In this document: positions 9,291 through 20,969 of the stretch, piece by piece
Numbering within the stretch: the first letter of the stretch is position 1
How the letters are laid out: every line of letters starts with the position of its first letter
Assembly: GCF_009914755.1 (NCBI RefSeq)
Contig: NC_060933.1
Reading direction: 5' to 3' (one strand)
From: the human T2T-CHM13v2.0 reference genome, Homo sapiens
Length of the DNA: 64,000 nucleotides
The notes under the pieces: generated by a model
What the model was told of the DNA's origin: nothing
What the model saw: the letters and a program-made list of their open reading frames with translations, nothing else
The model's database searches: none
Translations under genes and position numbers: made by a program

Positions 9291-9804
9291 AACTCTAATA
9301 CATTTGTATTTTGCAATGTGCTGCTTAACAGGGTGTTTGCCAAAGTGTTGTCTTTTTCTTGAGAATTAGAAGAGTGATGGGATCATGTCCCAAAACCTTC
9401 CAAATACCACTCAGTAGCCTCACATGCTGGGAGTTTTTCTGTATTTGCAGACACATGCAGTCTGACCCTTGCTTGCTAAACTGCCCAATTGTGACTTTTC
9501 TCTCTCCATCTGCTGTGTTGTTTGAATCCTTCTTTACAAGAATTCAATTAGACAATAATGCAAATGCATATTTCATCTACTCATGCACATTTAGTAGACA
9601 TGCTAGTCGATTGTGGCCATCTTTCTCGCTGAGTCTCTAACTTACTTCAAAAAATTGTCTTAATACAGTTCTCTGATTAGTTAACACATGTAGGAATTAT
9701 TTCAGAAGCCATTCACTATGCAGTCACAGAGAGTAGGGTCTCGACAATGTTCTCTTTTGAAGGAAACTCACAAAAAATATAATTCCAATATAATAGTGCT
9801 AGTG

Positions 9805-9866
9805 GTGAGTCTAGGGCTTTGGCACAAAGCAGGAACTCAACAAATGTTTGTTGAATGAATGAATGA
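9805..9866 (+). mobile_element. L2 3' end fragment
   Basis: tggcacaaagcaggaactcaacaaatgtttgttgaatgaatgaatga, the typical L2 tail. Confidence 0.7.
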
Positions 9867-10909
9867 CACAACTGAATAAATGTGATAGGCATTAGATAAG
9901 TTTTGCCAACTAAGAATTACAGAATTTCCTGGATAGAAAAGGATGGATGGATTGTTAGAGATGTAGAGAGGGGGGAAGCAACTTGACAAGGTTTTTATTA
10001 AGTGATTATAATCAAAGCTGAATAACACATGGACTTATTAATAGAAAGAAAAATTAAAACATCAGACACTGAGAAGGGGTGAGGATCCTACAAAATTGAT
10101 CTCTGTTCATGAAACCAACATGCTTTATATGGATTTTTCATAGTAAATAACTCCTAATAGGTTTCCAAAATGGACACACACACATGCACCCTTTGGATCT
10201 CACATATCTGTTTGCTTCATAATTAATGAAACACTGTGAAGTGAAATTGTTCACTGTGCTCTGTTCTTTTTTGTAAAGCTTTAAAATATGCATATTTGTT
10301 ATATCATAATGTGTTTTTAAAAAGTTTAGCTTGTTATGGCAATTGGTGAAATTGGCAGCTTCTCTTACTTTGAGGTGATTTCAGAAATCATGATGTCCAG
10401 GAAAAAGAGAGTGAGGGGAAAATATATTTTTTGGAAAATGCTGCTGCTCTTTCTTAAATACAGTGATGCTTGTTTGTACGTGTGGTAAAAAGCCAATGAC
10501 TCAGCTTTGCAACAAAACTCACTAAGGAATCCCAGCTGACTCAAAGGTACACTGAAAATCCATGGATGTAGCTGTCTGGTTTTCCCATCAGACAGCCTTT
10601 CCACAAATGGTTGCCCTGTTTTGTTTTGTTATTTTAAAATTAATTCTACTTAGAAAAATTTTCTGCTGGATATGCAGAGAAGAGGAATGAATACATTTTA
10701 GGCATTTTACATAGAAGACCAATGAGAGAAATGAATGGGAATGTTATGAAGTGAATGATTTAGGGTAGGGGAGTAGACCATTGTTCTGGGAGGGGCACAT
10801 GTCTTAGGAGAGCTGGCAGCCTGGGTTCTAGGGCAGGCTCAGCTCCCTCTTCTTTGGCAAGTTCCTCCCCCTCAAGAGTCTCCCTCTTTCCATTCCTATG
10901 AATAAAGGG

Positions 10910-11575
10910 ATTTGGTACAACTACTTTGGAACATTCTTTGGCATTATCTCCAATAGCAGAAAATATGTATACCATATGATGAAGCAATTCCACTACTAAA
11001 TATATACCAATAGACATGAGTGAAAATGTGTATTAAAAGATGTATGCACTTTGGGAGACCGAGGAGGGCGGATCACTTGAGGTCAGGAGTTTGAGACCAG
11101 CTTGTCCAACATGGTGAAGCCCTGTGTCTACTAAAAATACAACAAAATTACCTGGGTGTGGTGTAGCATGCCTTTAATCCAGCTACTCAAGAGGCTGAGG
11201 CACGAGAATTGCTTGAACCCAGGAGGCGGAGATTGCAGTAAGCCAAGATCGATCGCGTCACTGCACTCCAGCCTGGGCAGCAGAGTGAGAATGTGTCTTA
11301 AAAAAAAAAAAAAAAAAAAAGGTATGTTCAGGAGCGTTCTTATCTTCAATGCCTATAACAATAATTTAAAAAATGGAAATATGTGTTCATCAACACTAAG
11401 CTGTGTTATAGTCATGAAATATTTTATAACAATGAAAAGGAGTATGCAAAAACATTGATGAATCTCAAAATGTTGAAGAAATACACCAGGCACCAGAAAA
11501 AGATTCACACTATATGATGCTATTTATGAACAATTCAAAAATAAATAAAGCTAATTTATAGTGAGATAAGTGGTT
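10910..11575 (+). mobile_element. Old L1M 3' end interrupted by an Alu
   Basis: tggtacaactactttggaac...ataccatatgatgaagcaattccact; continues after the Alu with gatgaatctcaaaatgttgaag...actatatgatgctatttatgaa. Confidence 0.65.
11046..11320 (+). mobile_element. Alu (AluSx/Sz-like), 5'-truncated by ~35 nt
   Basis: Begins gcactttgggag; ggatcacttgaggtcaggag; A tail 11300-11320. Confidence 0.95.
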
Positions 11576-12379
11576 TGGGATTCTATAGCTCTGGATTGGA
11601 GTCTTGAATTTGCAAATAAGTGGTTGTAGGGTTTGGATAAGTTGAATTACCTCTCAAAGTCTGTTTCCCCACGCAGCTCGTAAAGCAATTAATATAGTGC
11701 CTTTCATATGCAAGGTATGTGGAAAATAATGATTCTCATTATTAGTGTTCCAAACTCTTAGGTCTGCTGTTCCTCTGAAGTATGTTATTCTAGATTTGGA
11801 AAGGAATTTCTGTTTGTGGCTTTAGGTCTCTACCATGCCCCCTATCACATACATCTTTGTTCTTTGTTTCTTCAATCCCTCTTTCTATCCTTATGTCTTC
11901 CATTTTTGCTTTTTTAATGCCTTCTTCTCTATCTTTCCATCCTGTCTTGCTTTTGATTTTTCTGTGGCTCTCCAAGGACTTCACATCAATACTTGATCCT
12001 AAAACTCTTTCAATACTAAAAGCAGTTGCTGACATTTTCTCCTACTTCACTCTTTTCATCTCTCTCTCTCCTGTTTTCCATGTGTATGGTCACAGACACT
12101 GCCAGCCACATTAGTGTGTAATCATTAAAATTCCATGTGAATTCATTCCTGGGTTCAAGGCACAGCTGTGCCGTGGCACAAATGTTTCATGTCATGTAAT
12201 AAAAAGTAATGGCATCAAGAAATCCAGAGGCTCCTCTGACATGTTCTACTTCCATGGAGTACAACTGTAAATCCTTCACTTCTCATTTAGTCAACAGCCT
12301 CACTCTCCCCCTACCCATGACAGTCTAAGTCCCGTAAATGTTTTCTTTCTACTGCTCATAGACACTTGTCCTCTATTTT

Positions 12380-12860
12380 TCCTCTTGCTATACTTTACTA
12401 CATTTTCCATTCAGCAATGCATTTTTAAAGTATAAATTATGTCCTATAACTCCTTTGTTTAAATCTATCTAACAATATCCCAGTGTACCTAAAGTACATT
12501 CAAAGTAAGAACCGTAACCTCCCAAGCCTTTCATGATCCCTCCTCTCAGCACCTACCTATTATCGTTCTCTCTGTTTATTACAATGGTCCTACTTTTGTT
12601 TCTCACATATACTACACTTATATTCAACTCAGGATTTTTGCACATACAAAGGCTCTAGTAGGATATTCTTTTCCCAGAATATTTGATGGATAGCTCCTTT
12701 TCATCATTCAAGTTTATATATTACATATAGGGAGAGGGTTTTCCCAAGGCCAGTCTAGCTAAAGTAACCTTTACCCCACCCTAAGTTACTGTGGCATCAC
12801 TCTATTTAATTTTCTTTATAACAACTCTCATTAACCTCATTTATCTGTCTTACTATTTTG
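12380..12860 (+). mobile_element. L2 fragment(s)
   Basis: Pyrimidine-rich L2 3' region motifs (actcctttgtttaaatct, ctcaggatttttgcacat, gctccttttcatcattcaagt). Confidence 0.55.
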
Positions 12861-13645
12861 TTGTTGTTTACATGCTTGTTGGTGTGGATGTTGTGGGGGC
12901 TTAATATAGTTATAGGTGAGGTTGGTTATATTTGTATTACAGGATGTGGTAGAGTAGCTATTCAATAATGTTGTTTCCTGTGGTTTGGGTTTCGTTATGC
13001 CTCCTCATGGTCAAATCCAATAACTCCATGATCCTGGCAGAAGAACTGGTGTGTTTAATGAAAGAAATGTGGGCTCAGATGTCTTTCTCTCTTCATCTCT
13101 GATTCCAACATAATCACACTCGCTGGCTTCCAGCCACTGGGGCAAGCCATTTTCCAGGCTTGACTTGAGAGTGAGAACTATACAAATTTCTCGACTTTTC
13201 TTACAGGCTTTTGCATGATCTTAGCTAACAGTTTTCTGAAAAGGAAGAATATTTTTGGCATGTTTGTAGACTATTAGCCAAAGCATCAACAGCTGAGTTC
13301 CAGCTGACTAATTTCTCCCCTGCTTGGTGCATCTAAGACAGAGTAAAAATACTTTTTGTATTTGTTTTGTTTTGTTTGTTTGTGTTCCAATCCCAAAGAA
13401 CCCAAATACTCCCCAAAACAGCATGGAGAGATGACAATTGCTGCTAGTGTATTGTAGAAAATGTATAGAAGAAACACTGAATACTTAATAAATGTGTGTA
13501 CCCCCCAAAAATTTGAACTTCCTTTATAAAAAGTTTCAATCCTATGTTTATTGATTATTTATTTTGTAAACAAACTCTTAGGCAGAGACTACACATAATA
13601 ATCCCTTCAAACCCTCTTCCCTTCTTTAAAAGCAGGAATAGGTTT

Positions 13646-13650
<5 letters not shown>

Positions 13651-13691
<41 letters not shown>

Positions 13692-13715
13692 GAGACAAAC
13701 ACATACACGCACACA
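13651..13715. repeat. (CA)n microsatellite with degenerate tail
   Basis: About 14 perfect AC units followed by interrupted AC repeats. Confidence 0.95.
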
Positions 13716-13734
13716 ACAGATGGGCACTGGGATG

Positions 13735-13935
13735 TAGCTAAAACATTTTAGAATTTGATCTGAACTCAAGTCTTGGTTCAACACATAGTAGCTGTTTGAT
13801 ATTGACCACACATTTAACCTTCTTGAGCTACAGCTTCCTGTCTAGTACAAGACATGTAATAACTGCTTTACTTTTTTTCTTGTTGTTGAATGCAAAATGA
13901 ATTTGTTAAATCCTTAGGAATTCAATAAATGTCAG
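13735..13935 (+). mobile_element. MIR fragment
   Basis: gatctgaactcaagtcttggttc...agtagctgtttgatattgaccacacatttaaccttcttgagctacagcttcc. Confidence 0.6.
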
Positions 13936-14710
13936 TTTTCTTCATCAACCAAATCACCTTAACAATGATCTTTGCTAAGAGAGCAGTCAAGTGAAAGAGT
14001 TAGGTCTTTCTGATGCCCCTTAAGGAACACAATTGCTCTACTAAAATGATTGCAGCTCTTCTTCTGTTACTCTGGAGAGTATTAACCTCAGCTGAGTGCA
14101 GCTTGTGGGGTAAATACACACCCACCAAGGAGTAGGATGAGTTTATAAACAATTATGCAAATATGGCTTCATGCTTTTCTCCAGACATAACCACAAGATG
14201 AGTACAGATTAATCACTGTGGACACTGTTGGCAAACAGAGCATTTCATTCTGTTCTTCCTGAGAAATAGGAATTAGTGTCTAAGATTGAGACTCATTTCA
14301 GCTAAACAAGCAGGGTGGAAATGAGAGGTGGCTGAATTGTCTCTGTTCTCTTTCAAGTAATTCTCAAAGAAGAATCTGAACAGTTTAGCATGAAGGAAAA
14401 ATGCTGGACTAATGGAGATGGGGGTAATCCTGAGCATTTGGGAGTTCCTACTATTCTGTGGTAAATATCAATACAAATTCCCATCCAGTACTGTTGGTCA
14501 AAATTAAGCCCCCAGACTACCTGTATCTTTTATCTCTTAGATCTCAATGGAAGCAAGAATCCTGCATAAGGGCCAAAAAGACACTTCTACATATGTGATT
14601 ATCTATTAACCGAATAGGGTGGAGGTAGAAGGGATCATTTATATTTATATACAAATATAACATTAAATGCCAACTATTGAGTGGCCATGGTGAGTTCATC
14701 TCATTTCTGT

Positions 14711-15116
<406 letters not shown>

Positions 15117-15164
15117 TAATTAATATTCTTATCAAAGCCACACTCATTTATTTGAAAAAGAATT

Positions 15165-15475
15165 TGACTTAATTTACTTGTTCAACAAATTTTTATTTAG
15201 TACCTATTATGGATCCAGTTCATCTAGGCACTTGCAATAAATTATTAAATTAAAGATACAAAAATCATTGCATTCATGGAACTTATATTCTAACATAGTT
15301 CACAGATAAGAAACACAGTATATTTATATGTAGAGAGAGATAATTTATTTGTACATATATATAATTTGTTTATACATATACACATGCATATAAACACATA
15401 ATGTATAATACTATAAGTTTGATGAAACAAAATCTTGAACAAGAAGACTTCTTAAGGTGATGTTTAAATCAGTTG
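15165..15475 (-). mobile_element. L2 fragment
   Basis: ttcaacaaatttttatttagtacctattatg...tgcattcatggaacttatattcta, antisense L2 3' end. Confidence 0.6.
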
Positions 15476-15559
15476 AGTCCATGAAAATATAAAGATACAA
15501 ACAGACAAATATCTGTGTTGAACACATTGAATTCATTGTGCCTTTGTTTCTCCATCTGT

Positions 15560-17659
15560 CTAATAATAAAATTTATCAACTTTAGTAAAATTTCAAAACA
15601 CAAAATCAGTGTACAAAAATCAATAGCATTTCTGGGGTACATAAAATATTTGGATACAAGCATGCAAAACATAATAATCACATCATGGAAAATTGGGTAT
15701 CCATCCTTTCAAGCACTTATGCTTTGTATTACAAGCAATCCAATTACATTCTTTTCATTATTTTTAAATGTATAATTAAATTAGTATTGACTATAGTCAC
15801 CCTGTTGTGCTATCAAATACTAGGTATCCACAAAAATTTTTAAAAATCGAAAATAAAAATCAGTAGCATGTCTATACACCGATAATGTTCAAGCTGAGAG
15901 CCAAATCAAGAATGCAATCTCATTTACAATACACACACACATACCTAGGAATACATGTAGCCAACAAGGTGAAAGATCTCTATAAGGAGGACTACAAAGC
16001 ACTGCTCAAAGAAATTGTAAGTGATGCAAACAAATGGAAAAACATTCCATGCTCATGGATTGGAAGACTCAATATCATTAAAATGGCCATATTGCCCAAA
16101 GCAATCTACAAATTCAATGCTATTATTATCAAACTACCAATGTCATTTTTCACAAAACTAGAAAAATACTATTCCAAAATTCATATAAAACCATAAAGAG
16201 CCTGAATATCCAAAGCAATCCTAAACAAAAAGAACAAAGCCAGAGGCATAATGTGGCCTTATTTAAAACTATACTATAAGGCTACAGTAACCAAAACATC
16301 ATGGTACTGGTACAAAAACAGACACAAAGACCAATGGAACAAAATAGAGAACCCAGAAATAAAACTGCACACCTATAGCCATCTGATCTTCAACAAAGAC
16401 AACAAAAAATGAGCAATGGTGAAAGGACTCCCCATTCAATAAATGGTGCTGGGATTATTTGGCTACTCATTTGCAGAAGAACAAAATTGGACCCCGGCCT
16501 GTCATCATATACAAAAATTAACCAAAGATCCATTAAATATGTAAATGTAAGACTTTAAAATATAAGAATTCTAGAAGAAAACCTAGGAAACACCATTCTA
16601 TACATAAGCCTTGGGAAATAATTTATGAGTAAGTTCTCAAAAGCAATTCTAACAAAAACAAAAATTGACAAAGGGGACCTAATTAAAGAGTTTCTGTGCA
16701 ACAAAAGAAACTGTCAACAGCATAAACAGATAACCTACAGAATGGGAGAAAACATTCACAAACTAAGCATCTGACAAAGATCTAATATCCAGAATTTATA
16801 AGGAATTTAAAAAACTCAACAAGCCAAAAACAACTTTATTTAAAAATGGGCAGAAGACATGAAGGTATACTTTTCAAAAGAAAACATATGAACAGCCAGT
16901 AAACATGATAAAATGTACCATATCACTAATCATCAGAGGAATGTGAATCAAAATCACAATGATACACCATCCCACACTAGTCAGAATGACTATTATTAAA
17001 ATATCAAAAAATATAGACACTAGTGAGCTGTGGAGAAAAGGGAATACTTATACACTGTTAGTGGGAATATAAATTAGTTCATCCCCAGTGGAAAGCAGTT
17101 TGGAGATTTCTCAAACAGAACTACCACTCAACCCAGCAATCCCATTACTGGGCATACATCCAAAAGAAAAACGAATTATTCTACCAAATGGATACATGTA
17201 CTCGCATGTTCATCACAGTTCTATTCACAATAGCAAAGACATGGAATCAACCTAGGTGCTCATCAATGGTAGGCTGGATAAAGAAAATGCAGTACATATA
17301 TACCACAGAATACTACACACCCATAAAAAGAACAATATTGTCATTTGCAGCAACATGGTTGCAGCTGGAGGACATTATTCTAAGCAAATTAACACAGGAA
17401 CAGAAAACCAAATATAACATGTTCTGACTTATAAGTGGGAGTTAGACATTGAGTATCCATGGGTATAAAGATGGCCACAATGGAAATTGGAGACTACTAA
17501 AGTGAGGAGAGACAGGAGGCAAGAGCTGGAAAACTACCCACTGGGTACTATTCATTCATACCCCAAACCTCAGCATCACACAATATACCGAGGTAAAAAA
17601 CCTGCACATGTACATGTACCCCCTGAATCTAAAGTAAAATTTGTAAAAAAAAAAAAAAA
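15560..17659 (+). mobile_element. 5'-truncated LINE-1 (L1PA15/16-like): ORF2 3' half, 3' UTR and poly(A)
   Basis: ORF 15885-16196 [31 protein letters not shown]; ORF 17188-17427 TCTRMFITVLFTIAKTWNQP; 3' UTR ccccaaacctcagcatcac...ccccctgaatctaaa; A tail. Confidence 0.92.
15634..15854 (+). mobile_element. Short L1MA 3' end inserted into the L1 above, with 5' inversion
   Basis: Antisense L1MA 3' UTR 15634-15825, then sense terminal gtatccacaaaaatttttaaaaat; flanked by aaaaatcaatagcatttct (15615-15633) / aaaaatcagtagcatgtct (15855-15873). Confidence 0.75.
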
Positions 17660-17903
17660 GGAATTTGTAATCAATTTCAGTCATAAAAGTAAATCCAACA
17701 TACTAAATTTTTAAAAAGTGTCAGTTTCTTCAAAGCAAGCAAATAGAATATTTAAGTTACTCTGGAGGAAATGTGTAATAAAACCACATCAGTACAACTT
17801 CAGTAGGAAGATAGTTGACATCTATCTGTGTTCTGGTCTCTCTCTAGGTGTAATTAGCTCATATATCTCAGATGAGAACTAACCTGATCTCAGTTTCTCA
17901 GTA

Positions 17904-17992
17904 GGCTTTTTTTTTTTTTTTTTGCAAAGTTGAGATTATATCTATTCGCCTTTTTTTTTTTTTTTTTTGCAAATTTGAGGTTATATCTGTTC
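17904..17992. repeat. Tandem duplication of a ~44-bp poly(T)-containing unit
   Basis: ggc-T17-gcaaagttgagattatatctattc followed by gcc-T18-gcaaatttgaggttatatctgttc. Confidence 0.9.
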
Positions 17993-18670
17993 TACCTATC
18001 TTAAAGATATCTATGAGAACCGTGTGGCATAAATGCACTCTAAAGTATGTATAAATTGTATGGAAGCAAGATGATTTAAGATAAATTATACATTTCTCAT
18101 TAGATTGCAAGCATAAATAATATTTGTTTAACTAATGAGATCTCACATATTATAAGCAGTCTGTATCTCTTCAAAAATGTCTTATAAATTTACTGTTATA
18201 AGTAAGTACAGAAGCTCTTCTACTTAAAAAATTTCAAATTGTAAGTGTTTATAGATTTTAATAAAGCTGCTCATGAGAACAAAAGCAGATTGACTGTACC
18301 CACCACAAGCAGATAAAAACAGCATCATAAACTCTTTTTAGTCTCATCTATCCTTTTTTATTAGTTTATGTCATATTAAGTATTGAAACTACTAAAATTT
18401 TACAAACATTCTATGATAAAGAAAGACAAAATGCAAACATCTTTGGATATATTTTTAAGAGAGTTAACAAGAAATAAGAAGATTTAGAATTAATATTGTC
18501 AACGTCTACAGTTTTCCTGTGAAACTTAATTTTACATAGGTTTTGAGCAATATTTTAGACATGTTAATGCACTTGTGTGCAGCTATTTAGAATGTAGACT
18601 TTTCTAAAAGACTCATCTGTGCTCACTTTTATGACTGTTGTGAGAATCAAGGACATGCAGAAATAAGTAG

Positions 18671-19205
18671 TGTTTTTAGGCTGAGTGATGGCTTCCCCAA
18701 TATGTCCTTGGCCTAATCCCTAGAACCTGTGAATGTAACCTTATATAGTTACAGGGATGGTGCAAATGGGGTTAAGAGTTAACCAGTTAAGAGTCTTGAA
18801 ATGGGTAGATTATTTTATCCTGTATTATCTCAGTGGGGTCTAAATGTAATCACAAGTGTCCTTATAATAGGGAGGTGTAGGGAAATTTGACTACAAACAC
18901 AGGAGAGAAGGTGATGTGATGACAAAATAGAGCAATTTGAAGATGCTAAGCTGCTTGCTCTAAAGATAAAGGGGCAAAAGGCCAAGGAATGCAAGGAATG
19001 CAGCTCTAGAAGCTGAAAAGACCAAGGAAAATGATTTTTCCCCCAGAGCTTCCCCAGGGAGAAGGACCATGCTGACACCTATGTTTGGACTCAGTGAAAC
19101 TGAATTTGGGTTTCTGACATTCATAACTACACAGAATAAATGTGTGTTATTTGGAGCCACCAAGTTTGTGATAATTTGTTTTAGCAGTGATAGGAAATTA
19201 GTAGA
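18671..19205 (+). mobile_element. MLT1 (ERVL-MaLR) solo LTR, MLT1C/D-like
   Basis: cctaatccctagaacctgtgaatgtaacctta...aggaatgcagctctagaagctgaaaa...aataaatgtgtgttatttggagccaccaagtttgtgataatttgtt. Confidence 0.85.
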
Positions 19206-19874
19206 GTGTGAACCTCAAATTATTGGTGACATCCCTCCAAAAGATACAATTTTATACAGCTAACGTTGTGCTGTTCTGTGTTAAACAACATTCAGATTCA
19301 CTGGGGCCAGAATCTTGAGATCATCTGTTACATTTTCAGTATATCAAAGGACAGAAAGTTTCTTTTCTGGAAACAGATGAAACCAGATTAACATTCTGGA
19401 ACTACCCAGAAAGATATCATTTTTGATAAATTGCTCAAGTTTTTGCCTCAATGTTCTCATCTATTAAAGGGAGCTTATAATAATATCTTTATTCATAAGG
19501 CTTAAGTTATGATAAAACAATACAGGCTTAGCACATAGCACAGTTTTGGCATCTATTATGTTTCAGGAACATATTAACTGTTATTGCTCTTGATGGCAGC
19601 AAACCCTGAGCCAGGAGGCAGCAATGTATTGGAAAGATCAACATCTGCCCAAGATAAAAGCGAAGTTGTGGCAAGCACTAAGTGTAAACTCACAGTAAAA
19701 AGAAAAAGATGTCAATTACCTTGATTATTGTAATTTATTTGTTTAAAAACCTGCCGAGATGACCCAACACTCTTTGTTCTTACTCCTGTGTGTTAATATA
19801 AACTCCAGTCCCATAGTTGTCAATGCAGATCCCAGGTGACCACACCTGTGTTGAAATCATCTTGGTAAGAATTA

Positions 19875-20060
19875 TCTTTCAGAGTTGGGGACCTGGGCTC
19901 TATCACTGACTAGGAAGATGGACATTGGCGAGTTATTTTTCCATTATGTACCTCAGTTTTCTTACATGTAAAGTGGAGTATCATGAAGTTATCTGTGTCA
20001 GTGGGCTATTTTAGAGGTTGAGATCTATTTGGGTACATAGAATTTAGGAATTTAGGAAAC
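19875..20060 (+). mobile_element. MIR fragment
   Basis: gggacctgggctctatcactgactag...ttggcgagttattt...cctcagttttcttacatgtaaagtggag. Confidence 0.6.
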
Positions 20061-20129
20061 TATTGTGCCTAGAATATAGCAAGTCCTAAAAAGATGACAG
20101 TTATGGACAGTATTAATTGTTAGACACTG

Positions 20130-20458
20130 GTGTCGGTCCATTTTGTGCTACTATAACAAAATACTGAGATCAAACAATTTATAGTGAACAAAAATTTAGT
20201 GTCTCATGATTCCGAGTCTTGAAAATCCAAGATTTAAGGAGCTTGTATTTGACATAGGGCTTCTTGCTATGTCATCTCATGGTTGGAGGACAAAGAATAG
20301 GAGATTGAAACCAAGAGATTGAATTTGCAGACTCCAATGCTATTATAATCAGCACTAATCCATTCGCATCTTGCATTAGGCTCCACCTCCCAATACTGTT
20401 GCACTGAGGATTAAGTTTCCAGCACATGCTTTTGGGGAGAAACATTCAAATAATAGCT
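20130..20458 (-). mobile_element. MST (ERVL-MaLR) solo LTR
   Basis: gtccattttgtgctactataacaaaatac...cactaatccattc...ccacctcccaatactgttgcactgaggattaagtttccagcacatg...acattcaaataatagc. Confidence 0.8.
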
Positions 20459-20548
20459 CTGGGGATATAAAATGCGTTAAGATTTGTGAAATCTCCTCAA
20501 GGATTTTGTAATTCCAGGCATTAAACTTTGAGTGCTAACAGTAAATGC

Positions 20549-20578
20549 ATAGATAGATAGTTGATAGATAGATAGATA
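20549..20578. repeat. (GATA)n microsatellite, interrupted
   Basis: atagatagatagttgatagatagatagata. Confidence 0.85.
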
Positions 20579-20829
20579 AAATCACTCAAAGTGGCCTAAA
20601 TACTAGACTACCTCTGTAGAAATATAATGTGAGCCACATGTAATGTTTCAACGTTTTTAGCAGCTGCCTTAAAATAAAGTAAAAGGAAACCAATGAAATA
20701 GTTTTAATGATATATTTTATTTGCTCAATGTCTAAAATATTATTCAATATCATTAACATAAAAATACGAAGGTAATATCTTATATTTTTTCATATTTTGT
20801 CTTTAAAATCCTGTGTGTTTTTATGCTTA

Positions 20830-20935
20830 AATAAATCTGTCATGTTTCCCTGGGTCTGTCTAGGTTTTAGCCCTGGAAGTCCCTCATGCAGGAAAACCCC
20901 TCAGTTTCAGACAAACTAGGCTGGTTAGTTACTGC
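20830..20935. mobile_element. MER81-like hAT MITE
   Basis: ggttttagccctggaagtccctcatgcaggaaaacccctcagtttcagacaaactagg matches the remembered MER81 core. Confidence 0.6.
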
Positions 20936-20937
20936 AT

Positions 20938-20941
<4 letters not shown>

Positions 20942-20969
<28 letters not shown>

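Noticed and set aside
13544-13741. His/Thr-repeat ORF
   Set aside because: Produced by the (CA)n microsatellite
20250-20274. Hairpin tgacatag-N9-ctatgtca in the MST LTR
   Set aside because: An 8-bp stem is expected by chance in 64 kb; too short for a miRNA precursor
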